From NCBI GenBank assembly GCA_048938025.1, contig JBHLMP010000012.1:1-13605 (forward strand): a stretch of DNA of 13,605 bases, in the 5' to 3' direction. The translations under genes and the position numbers were made by a program. The DNA is from Promethearchaeota archaeon. GTDB lineage: Archaea; Asgardarchaeota; Lokiarchaeia; Sigyniarchaeales; SOKP01. Within the stretch, counting starts at the first letter, position 1. Each line of letters begins with the position of its first letter. Shown here one piece after another: positions 1-7,860 of the stretch. Below the pieces are notes generated by a model. The model was not told the DNA's origin, ran no database searches, and saw only the letters and a list, made by a program, of their open reading frames with translations.

Positions 1-1779
1 GTCATCAAAATCAGCTCTATAAGATTCCTTATTTACCATTTCTAGAATTTTTTCAGCATAATCATTCTGATTTTCACTAACAGTAATAATTCGTACTTGA
101 ATTGGAGATAACCATGTTTTAAATCCCGGTACAATCTTTTCTTTATTTCGAATAGAACTTTCAATTAAACCCCATAAAACTCTTTCTAATCCACCTGTAG
201 GAGAATTGTGTAATATAATTGGATGTTTAAGTCTACCATCAGAATCAGTAAAGGAAATATTATACTTTTCTCTTTTCTTGCCTTCATTATCAATCATATA
301 CTCCAAAGAACTCTCGACATCAATCTGGTTTGTGGCTAATGTAGCACTTTTATTATGAGCTGAAAGTACATTTCTTTCTAATTTTAATATATAATAGTAG
401 TATCTATCTTCCCATAATTCTAATAGAGCAGGGTATTGTTCTGTTTTAATTAAATCAATAATCCAATCTCTATTTTCCTCATAAAAATCTTGTGTAACTC
501 GAAATATAACATAAGTTTTTACACCTAAATCGTTTTCCAGATTCTTAATTAAATCATATTGCTTTATAAACTCTTCAATTGAAGATTCCAAATCTTTACA
601 CATAGTATGAAGATCAGGCATGATAAAACCACGTAATCTATATAATCCAGATAATTCACCTTCTTGCTCTCTTCGAAAAGCATATTGTTCAAATTCATAT
701 GCTCTCAATGGAAAGTAGTGAGGTTTCAAATTCATTTGTGAAAATAAATCGAATAGAAGGAAATCACTTGCATATCTTAAAAGATATCTATCATTTCCAG
801 ATTCAAGCCAATAACTTCTCGCTGGAAATCGAGCTGTTTGAGCTGTCAATTTTTTATTTTTTACTGTGTACATGATGGGGGTCTCAATAAGTAATGCCCC
901 ATAGTCTATTAATCTATCTTCTACGAAATTTTTGATTAAATTTTTCATAATGACTCCTTTAGTATACCATCTAAAATTTCCAGCATCTGTATTAGGATCA
1001 AAATCTACCAATTCAAAATCTTTCATCACCTTTATATGAGCTGGTTCAAATGATTTATCTATTATTCTAGAACCTAATTCTGATTTCAGGAATGAATAAA
1101 AATCTTGATCTTTTATTTCTTTAGGTGGTATCAGTTCATTATTTTCATCAAATTCTAACTCTATTTCATTACCTGAAGTTGTAATAATTTTAAATACTGA
1201 ATTTTTAACTTGTTCTTCAGGTTTAATAGCTAGTTTCACATCTCTATACATTTCTGCCATTTCATGACCCAAACAGTTAACTTTGAATGATTTGTACCAT
1301 CCAAATGGAGAAAATTTTGCTTCAATACCTCTTTCTTCTAAAAATTTAGCGATTTTAGGACAAACTTCCATAGCATTTTGGTCATTGCTAAGAAATTTGC
1401 TTAGATGTGCCCATGGATAAACTAAGACTTTATCAACACGATACATATCGCGATCTTTAATAAGTGCTAATAATTTTCTTGGTTTTCCTTTAATCTCACC
1501 TTTCTCAATCTTTTTATTGTATCCTCTTATCTCTTCATTTTTTTGGCGAAGCTTTTCTGGAAATCCTGTAATTTGTAGTATTGCTGCTTCAATTTCCTCT
1601 GCTCCTTGGCTAGCAATTAAATCAGTATCATAAGTATCTTGATCTTCTATAGAAACATAAGCTACTAAAACTAATCCATCCATTTTTATGAAATTTTCAG
1701 AAAAATCTTGAGGATTGCTTGTAGCTTCCTTATTTTTAATAACTTCAACGCCTTCAGAATGAATTAATAAAATTTTCAT
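1..1779 (-). CDS. thrS: Threonyl-tRNA synthetase, archaeal type with N-terminal DTD-like editing domain (partial, runs off left edge)
   Basis: Manually translated: ATG at 1779-1777 and 593 codons with no stop to position 1. MKILLIHSEG...YPWAHLS...PFGWYKSF..CLGH (editing domain); FRREQEGELSGLYRLRGFIMPDLH (class II motif 2); ILHNSPTGGLER (motif 3); WLSPIQVRII (start of anticodon-binding domain). SD-like GGGAG at 1790-1786. Confidence 0.97.
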   Translation of the reverse strand, partial: MKILLIHSEGVEVIKNKEATSNPQDFSENFIKMDGLVLVAYVSIEDQDTYDTDLIASQGAEEIEAAILQITGFPEKLRQKNEEIRGYNKKIEKGEIKGKPRKLLALIKDRDMYRVDKVLVYPWAHLSKFLSNDQNAMEVCPKIAKFLEERGIEAKFSPFGWYKSFKVNCLGHEMAEMYRDVKLAIKPEEQVKNSVFKIITTSGNEIELEFDENNELIPPKEIKDQDFYSFLKSELGSRIIDKSFEPAHIKVMKDFELVDFDPNTDAGNFRWYTKGVIMKNLIKNFVEDRLIDYGALLIETPIMYTVKNKKLTAQTARFPARSYWLESGNDRYLLRYASDFLLFDLFSQMNLKPHYFPLRAYEFEQYAFRREQEGELSGLYRLRGFIMPDLHTMCKDLESSIEEFIKQYDLIKNLENDLGVKTYVIFRVTQDFYEENRDWIIDLIKTEQYPALLELWEDRYYYYILKLERNVLSAHNKSATLATNQIDVESSLEYMIDNEGKKREKYNISFTDSDGRLKHPIILHNSPTGGLERVLWGLIESSIRNKEKIVPGFKTWLSPIQVRIITVSENQNDYAEKILEMVNKESYRADFDD

Positions 1780-1905
1780 AGTAATCTCCCTTACTATTTT
1801 TCCTACTAAATCTTTAATGAAAAATCCTAAATATTTTACTTACTTTTGATATATAATTACATTTAAAATTCAAATGAATTATTACTAAAATAATTATCTA
1901 TAAGG

Positions 1906-2526
1906 ATGACTCTTAAAAATATTTTTTCAGAATTAACTGAATCATTAGATAAATTAGATCTCGATAGAGAAGAGATTTTAAAAATTTCTCGGATAATAAT
2001 TCGAGAATGTAGTATTGCGATAAAATCTATCCATAGGAAAGAATTTGATCAATATGAAATAAAAATGCAATTAGTAAAAAATAATCATGAGAAACTGGTA
2101 TCACTGGTTAATAAAACCCCTGGTATTTTTTATAAATACTTGAAAACACCTGAACAAGAATACGCAGAAGCAGTTTCATTTTATTCAATTATCTTAAAAA
2201 AAAAGGTCCCTAGTCCCCATGAAATGAAAATCGATCCATTAAATTTTGCTTTAGGGTTAGCTGATGTTGTAGGAGAACTACGAAGATATGCACTAGATAA
2301 TATAAGAGATTCTCAAGTGAAAGATCTCAATGAAATATTAGAAAGTATGGATGATATTTATTCTAATTTGTTTTCACTCGATTACCCTTCAGGATTAATC
2401 CAAGATCTAAGGCAAAAAACTGATCGAGCAAGATTAATTATTGAAAAAACTAGAGGAGATATATCAATATCTCTTCAGATGAATGATCTTAAAAGATGTA
2501 TTGAAGATAATGTAAAGGAGGATTAA
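1906..2526 (+). CDS. Translin/TRAX (C3PO)-family RNA-binding protein or endoribonuclease
   Basis: All-helical 206 aa protein with QEYAEA and GLADVVGELRR motifs, which carry the acidic catalytic residues typical of archaeal translin/TRAX. Confidence 0.9.
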   Translation: MTLKNIFSELTESLDKLDLDREEILKISRIIIRECSIAIKSIHRKEFDQYEIKMQLVKNNHEKLVSLVNKTPGIFYKYLKTPEQEYAEAVSFYSIILKKKVPSPHEMKIDPLNFALGLADVVGELRRYALDNIRDSQVKDLNEILESMDDIYSNLFSLDYPSGLIQDLRQKTDRARLIIEKTRGDISISLQMNDLKRCIEDNVKED

Positions 2527-2558
2527 TCCTTTCATAATTAATTTAATGAAGATTGAAA

Positions 2559-4118
2559 ATGCCTTTTAATTTTGAAAAGATCAAACGAGAAAGTCTAGTT
2601 AATTATGAAAAAGTATGGCTAGATACAAAAAACCTCTTAAAACTGAAAGGAAAGTATTTCAATTTAGAAAAGAAAGGGAAATCTCATATTGTAAATGATT
2701 TTATCTGTGAAGCAAGGGTAAAGATGATATCTCTAGGATTTGAAGAATTAATACTTCCTATGTTTGTTGAAGAAGAGGAAATCTATAAACAGTATGGTCC
2801 AGAAGCAGCTTTAATTCTTGATAGGCTATTTTATTTAGCAGGGCTTCCCCGTCCTGATATAGGTATTTCTAAAGAAAAAATCAATAAAATTCGAGATGTT
2901 GTACCTAATTTTGAGGATACTGATTCTTTAAAACAAATATTTAGAGATTACAAAAAAGGTAAGATAGAAGCTGATGATTTCATTGAAATTTTTATCACTG
3001 AATTAGAGTTTAAAGAAAGTGAAGCTTCTGAAATAATTGACAAAATATTTCCTGAATTAAAACAATTAAAACCTATACCTACAAAAACAACTTTAAGAAG
3101 TCATACCACGGCATTATGGTTTAAAGTATTGCGTAATTTAATTAGAAAAAAAAGATTACCTTTGCAATATTTTAGTATAGCTCCAAAATTTAGAAGAGAA
3201 CAGAAAATTGATGCAACTCATTTGTATTGTTCTAATACTCTATCAATTGTAATTTTGGCTGAAGAAATTTCTCTAGAAGATTGTCAAAGGATTACTTCAG
3301 AAATTTGTGAAGAAATTGGCTTTAAAAATAGTAGGACCGAAATTAAAAAAGCTACTTCAAAATATTATGCTCCACAAACAGAATTTGAAATTTTTGTTGA
3401 ACATCCAAAAACAAAAAAATGGATAGAAATTGGAGATGGAGGTTTTTATAGCCCTGTTAGTCTTGCTCAATATGAGATTGAATATCCTGTTTTTAATATT
3501 GGTTTTGGAGTAGAGCGAATTTGCATGATAAAAACTGAAATTGAAGATATTAGAAAAATAGTTTATCCCTATTTTTTTGAAGATATATCCTTTTCCGATG
3601 AACAAATTAGTAAAGGTATCAAATATAAAAAGATTCCATTTACTGAAAAAGGAATTGAAATTAAAAATGCTATAATCAGGGCAGCAATTAATCATAAAGA
3701 TGATTCTGCGCCGGTTGAAATTAAAGCTTGGGAGGGTATTATTAGGGATCGAACTATTGAAGTAACTATTTGGGAAAAAGATAAAGGAGTCAAACTTCTT
3801 GGCCCAGCATGTTTAAATAAAATCTGGGTAAAAGAGGGGAACATTTTAGGGTTATCTCAAGAAGAGAATCCCGCTGAAGGTATTGATACAGGAATGACTT
3901 ATTTAGAAGGAATTGCTTCAGAAATGGCCTATAATATTGAAATACTGTTTGATCAAAACAAATATAATTATGAACATAGAGTAAAGATGTGCTATAGAGC
4001 TTCAGAAATCAATATTGAAATTGATGATCTTATTCTAGAGTTCATCCACTCAAAACAAAAAAGAATTGACATAAGAGGACCGGTTTTTATTGGTCTTTCA
4101 TTTATTGTTAAAGAATAA
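2559..4118 (+). CDS. sepS: O-phosphoseryl-tRNA(Cys) synthetase (SepRS), divergent
   Basis: YGPEAALILDRLFYLAGLPRPDIG, TLRSHTT, FRREQ, SKYYAP, YSPVSL, NIGFGVER, KLLGPA and IDIRGPVF match SepRS signature blocks. ATG at 2559 preferred over the track's TTG at 2553. Confidence 0.92.
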   Translation: MPFNFEKIKRESLVNYEKVWLDTKNLLKLKGKYFNLEKKGKSHIVNDFICEARVKMISLGFEELILPMFVEEEEIYKQYGPEAALILDRLFYLAGLPRPDIGISKEKINKIRDVVPNFEDTDSLKQIFRDYKKGKIEADDFIEIFITELEFKESEASEIIDKIFPELKQLKPIPTKTTLRSHTTALWFKVLRNLIRKKRLPLQYFSIAPKFRREQKIDATHLYCSNTLSIVILAEEISLEDCQRITSEICEEIGFKNSRTEIKKATSKYYAPQTEFEIFVEHPKTKKWIEIGDGGFYSPVSLAQYEIEYPVFNIGFGVERICMIKTEIEDIRKIVYPYFFEDISFSDEQISKGIKYKKIPFTEKGIEIKNAIIRAAINHKDDSAPVEIKAWEGIIRDRTIEVTIWEKDKGVKLLGPACLNKIWVKEGNILGLSQEENPAEGIDTGMTYLEGIASEMAYNIEILFDQNKYNYEHRVKMCYRASEINIEIDDLILEFIHSKQKRIDIRGPVFIGLSFIVKE

Positions 4119-4152
4119 TAGATTAATAAAATAGATAATTAAGTGAAATTAG

Positions 4153-4599
4153 ATGAAAAAAAAAATCTTAGTTGCTGGAACTTTCGATATTTTGCATCCA
4201 GGACATATTTTTCTGATAAATGAAGCGGCAAAATTAGGTGATGTATATATTGTAATAGCTACTGACAAAAATCGAGAATTATATTCTGGAGAAGCTCCAA
4301 TTGTGCCTGAGCAACAAAGATTTGAAGTGATGAAAAGTATAAAAAATGTAAAAGATGTAATATTAGGACGACATGATAATGATACACTTAGAACAGTTGA
4401 AGAGATCAATCCAGATATTATACTTCTAGGACCGGATCAAAAATTTAGCGCTCAAAAACTTCAAAATGCTCTTAAAATGAAAGGATTGAATCATATAGAG
4501 GTAAGAAGATTAGAAAAATATTATGATAAATTCAAATTACACAGCTCTAGTCTTATTAAAAAGAAAATATTTGAAAAATATAAGAAGAATCATTCATAA
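4153..4599 (+). CDS. ribL: FAD synthase (archaeal RibL, cytidylyltransferase-like family)
   Basis: GTFDILHPGH (HxGH), PIVPEQQR, PDIILLGPDQ and C-terminal SSSLI; lies directly upstream of the riboflavin kinase. Confidence 0.85.
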   Translation: MKKKILVAGTFDILHPGHIFLINEAAKLGDVYIVIATDKNRELYSGEAPIVPEQQRFEVMKSIKNVKDVILGRHDNDTLRTVEEINPDIILLGPDQKFSAQKLQNALKMKGLNHIEVRRLEKYYDKFKLHSSSLIKKKIFEKYKKNHS

Positions 4600-4609
4600 A
4601 ACTGTAAAT

Positions 4610-5320
4610 ATGTCAGAAGAAAACGAAATTTCACCGGAAAACTATGCAAATTGGTTTGCGTTATATCATTTATGCCAAAATATAGGTAATCAAAAAGCTA
4701 TTCATATTAGTAGTGTAGAATTTGGAAAAGTATTAAATTTGTCTCAACAGACAGCATCAAGAAGGATTAATACCTTAGAAGAAATTGGATGGATTGAGAG
4801 GAAGATTGAAGCAAAAGAGCAAATAATTAGAATAACTAAAAAAGGTGCTGATGCAATACTTGCAATGTATAAAAGTTTAAAACAAATTCTAGAAAGTATC
4901 TTAATTGTAGGGGAGGTTACTACTGGGATAGGAGAGGGTCATTATTATGTCAAAATTAAAAACTATTTTAAGCAGTTTCAAGAAAAACTGAGATTTATTC
5001 CCTTTTTTGGAACATTAAATCTCCAACTAAGCGATCTTAACTATGAATTATTAATGGAAAATTTAAAAAATCGAATCCCTGTTAAAATCGATGGATTTAA
5101 AGATGTCGAGGAGGGACGGACTTTCGGTTCAGTTGATTGTTATTATTGTTTTGTCTCTCGTTTAGATAATCAAGAAAAAAAAATAAATGCAGCAATATTA
5201 AAAATTAAAAGAACACACCATAAGAAAAATATTGTTGAGATCTTAGCAGAACCTTATTTAAGAGATATATTGAATTTACATGATAGTGATAGAGTAAGGA
5301 TTGAATTAATAAAAGAATAA
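4610..5320 (+). CDS. ribK: CTP-dependent riboflavin kinase with N-terminal winged HTH (RbkR-type bifunctional regulator)
   Basis: N-terminal wHTH (SQQTASRRINTLEEIGWIER..IRITKKG), then GEGHYY, GTLN, RTFG, RTHH and EILA..LRDILNLHDSD. ATG at 4610, 10 nt after the ribL stop, preferred over 4523, which overlaps ribL. Confidence 0.92.
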   Translation: MSEENEISPENYANWFALYHLCQNIGNQKAIHISSVEFGKVLNLSQQTASRRINTLEEIGWIERKIEAKEQIIRITKKGADAILAMYKSLKQILESILIVGEVTTGIGEGHYYVKIKNYFKQFQEKLRFIPFFGTLNLQLSDLNYELLMENLKNRIPVKIDGFKDVEEGRTFGSVDCYYCFVSRLDNQEKKINAAILKIKRTHHKKNIVEILAEPYLRDILNLHDSDRVRIELIKE

Positions 5321-5329
5321 TATACTTAC

Positions 5330-5953
5330 TTAATGTTCATTTACTTCTTTTTTTATATGTTTATTAATTTTTACAAATCTAAATATTGCTGTTCCAATTA
5401 CAAGCCACATAAAAACAAAAAGAAGCTCGTTCATAAATCCAAAAAAAGAAGCGATTAGCATTGTTATAAAAATATAAAATAACCTTTCTGATCTGGCCAT
5501 TAACCCAATATCAAAATCTCCCTTAAAGAATACGTAAGCTCTTGCTCTAATATAACTAATCATAATTGAACTTAAAAAAGCTATAGTTACTATTAATTTC
5601 ATATCAAAAAGATTCCAGAGCATCTTATCCCAACAAAAAACCATAAGCCCAAAAAAAATTATAAATTCTGAAAATCTGTCCATAATAGAATCAAAAAAAC
5701 CACCAAATGATGAGCTTTTTCCTGTTAATCTAGCAATAGCACCATCAATTCCATCCATAATCCCGGTAATAAATATAAAAATTGCAAAAAACAAAAGACT
5801 TGAGAATAAAATAAGAGAAATTGCACTAAGTATAGCAAAAAAGAACATAAAGATTGTAGCTAAATTTGGTGTGATACCAATTTTAATGAAGCATTTAGCG
5901 AGAATCTCAACTAAAGGGTGAAAAATATATCGTATCCTAAATTTCGAAGGCAT
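5330..5953 (-). CDS. CDP-alcohol phosphatidyltransferase, probably archaetidylinositol-phosphate synthase-like
   Basis: Signature DGIDGAIAR...GGFFDSIMD (DxxDGxxAR...GxxxDxxxD), GITPN, SYIRARA, GLMARSER; multiple hydrophobic helices. Confidence 0.9.
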   Translation of the reverse strand: MPSKFRIRYIFHPLVEILAKCFIKIGITPNLATIFMFFFAILSAISLILFSSLLFFAIFIFITGIMDGIDGAIARLTGKSSSFGGFFDSIMDRFSEFIIFFGLMVFCWDKMLWNLFDMKLIVTIAFLSSIMISYIRARAYVFFKGDFDIGLMARSERLFYIFITMLIASFFGFMNELLFVFMWLVIGTAIFRFVKINKHIKKEVNEH

Positions 5954-6146
5954 TTTATCAAATTTTCTTGATTTTTTGAAGATTTTATTATACTAAACAT
6001 TTGAAATTCACATTTAAATATCTTAATATTGATTTTTTAATTTAAAATATTATTATATACGAGATCATGATTATAATATAATTTTTTTATTTTGGTACTT
6101 TTAAAATATATAATTAATTTAAATTTTTAATAAAAAGTGGGAATTC

Positions 6147-6455
6147 TTGAAATTACGGTTAATCCTAAAAACAAGAACTAAGAAAAATAAAGAAATTTGC
6201 TTGAAATTTAACATAGCACCCAGTAAACATATTGGTTTTATTAATTTTATTAATTTAGCTCTTAAACAAGATAAACCTATTACTATATCTTTTGAAAAAA
6301 TTTCTAAAACTGGTCAAAAAGAAGAAAGTAAGATTTATGGTGAATTTAAATTTACTGGTAAAGACCCAGCAAGATTAGAACAATTAGAAGAGGATATACA
6401 AGAAGCAGAAAAGAGAAGAAAAAAGCAACAAGAGAGAAGAAAACATAAACAATAA
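6147..6455 (+). CDS. Hypothetical basic protein with C-terminal charged coiled coil
   Basis: 102-codon ORF with TTG start, purine-rich sense strand, divergent from the phosphatidyltransferase; no recognisable family motif. Confidence 0.7.
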   Translation: MKLRLILKTRTKKNKEICLKFNIAPSKHIGFINFINLALKQDKPITISFEKISKTGQKEESKIYGEFKFTGKDPARLEQLEEDIQEAEKRRKKQQERRKHKQ

Positions 6456-6484
6456 TTAAAATACAAATTAATGGATTAATCTCT

Positions 6485-7249
6485 TTAAAATAATGATATA
6501 AAACCTAATTTTATTAAATTTTTAGAAATATTATAGACTTTTTCTGGTTCGATACTCAACTCTTTTGCTATTAATTCAATTGATTTTTTCCCATCAATCT
6601 GATAGAAAACTTTATGAGAAGTTTCACCCGTTAAGTAAAATTTAGGGTTAATTTTTTTGGATATTGTGAAATGTGGTATATGTTTATAATATTCTGGTAA
6701 TGAAAGATTCTTTTCTTCTATTTCATCAACCCTAGCAATTACTGAATTTGCAGTATCTTCGATCTTAAATCCTAAACTATTAAGAACATCATTAACGTTA
6801 TGATTAGACTTTGGTTTAATTTTATCTTGCTCTTCATTTATGTATCGCGTAATTTCCTGTTCAAATGATTTAAAAGTATCTTTTCTCCCACTCCACTCTA
6901 ATATTTGATTATAATTGTATTGTTGTAAAAATGTTTCAGAAATTTTTTTTAAAACACTTTGAACAGTTAATCCCTTGGAATGTTCATCATATGTCGCTAA
7001 AAATATTAAATTTGGAATGCTTGAGTCTCTCAGAAAAGATACTTTTAAGTTATTATTTGCTAATTTTAATTCACTGATATTTCCTAAATCCTCAAAGGAA
7101 TCTGAAAATGAATTTAATGCTGAAAAAAAGCCTGATGCCATAATGAGGTTATCTCCTTGAGTAAAAAGAGTTTGTGAACTAGAAGGATCACTAAAGCTCT
7201 TGGATAATAACGGTAAGCCATCCCGAATAATCACAATATCGCAAATCAT
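6485..7249 (-). CDS. Longin-like domain + C-terminal winged-helix protein (Asgard eukaryotic-signature-like)
   Basis: N-terminal pattern IVII.DGLPLL...SGFFSALNSF...beta strands...LKKISETFLQQY...F..EI resembles Asgard longin-like folds; C-terminal QIDGKKSIELIAKELSIEPEKVYNISKNLIKLGFI is a wHTH. Confidence 0.75.
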   Translation of the reverse strand: MICDIVIIRDGLPLLSKSFSDPSSSQTLFTQGDNLIMASGFFSALNSFSDSFEDLGNISELKLANNNLKVSFLRDSSIPNLIFLATYDEHSKGLTVQSVLKKISETFLQQYNYNQILEWSGRKDTFKSFEQEITRYINEEQDKIKPKSNHNVNDVLNSLGFKIEDTANSVIARVDEIEEKNLSLPEYYKHIPHFTISKKINPKFYLTGETSHKVFYQIDGKKSIELIAKELSIEPEKVYNISKNLIKLGFISLF

Positions 7250-7329
7250 AATCTGAGAGCAGTTAATTGTAAAAATTTAAAAAGATTGAAGAATATTCTC
7301 ATCGAATCATTAAAATCTAAATAATAGTG

Positions 7330-7372
7330 AAAAAAAAAGAGTTATAATACTTCTGTAATACCAGAGTAATAT
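7330..7372 (-). terminator. Probable terminator of the HTH module
   Basis: Minus strand after the 7385 stop: TACTCTG-GTATTA-CAGAAGTA hairpin (one bulge), followed by a T9 run (A-run 7330-7338 on +). Confidence 0.55.
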
Positions 7373-7384
7373 GATTTGTTAAAT

Positions 7385-7777
7385 TTATTCTCTTATAAAA
7401 ATAGTATCAAAACTCTCTCCAATAGCTCGAGCAATCTTGAACAATTCTTTTTCGTTAAAATTATTTAATAATTGCTCGTCATTTAAATCCTTTAACATTA
7501 TTAATCTCTCTGTTTTAACACCCGATTTTTCAGAAAACTCTTCTAATTCATCCAATGTTTTACCTCCTAATATATCTTTAATTATAGGTTCAAAATAGAA
7601 AATTTCCTCTATTGTTTTATCAAAAATTTCTGCAATTTTTAGAGATAATGTTAAGGAAGGATTATATGATCCTTTCTCTAAAAAATAAATAGTTTGGCGA
7701 GAAACACCTACTAAGTCAGCTAATTCTTGCTGTTTAAGATTTCTCTCATCTCTCAGTTCTTTTATCCTTGTAACCAA
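7385..7777 (-). CDS. XRE/Cro-C1 (HTH_3) transcriptional regulator with C-terminal degenerate second HTH
   Basis: RIKELR...QQELADLVGVSRQTIYFLEKGSYNPSLTLSLKIAEIF is a canonical XRE HTH; TTG start. Confidence 0.92.
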   Translation of the reverse strand: MVTRIKELRDERNLKQQELADLVGVSRQTIYFLEKGSYNPSLTLSLKIAEIFDKTIEEIFYFEPIIKDILGGKTLDELEEFSEKSGVKTERLIMLKDLNDEQLLNNFNEKELFKIARAIGESFDTIFIRE

Positions 7778-7860
7778 TTTCTTCCTAAATTTCAGTGTTT
7801 CCTAACCTATTTAATATTGTATTTAAATTAAAAATAAAATAAGAAAATAAAAACTTAAAA

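Noticed and set aside
1877-1895. AATTATT/AATAATT inverted repeat upstream of translin as a possible RbkR operator
   Set aside because: AT-only and short; expected by chance at this base composition.
3357-3695. 112 aa minus-strand ORF
   Set aside because: Antisense shadow wholly inside sepS; F/N/I-rich with no motif.
4149-4409. 86 aa minus-strand ORF
   Set aside because: Antisense shadow of ribL.
4523-4609. N-terminal extension of ribK in the ORF track
   Set aside because: Overlaps ribL by 77 nt; ATG at 4610 gives a normal RbkR-sized protein.
6975-7160. 61 aa plus-strand ORF
   Set aside because: Antisense shadow of the longin-like gene.
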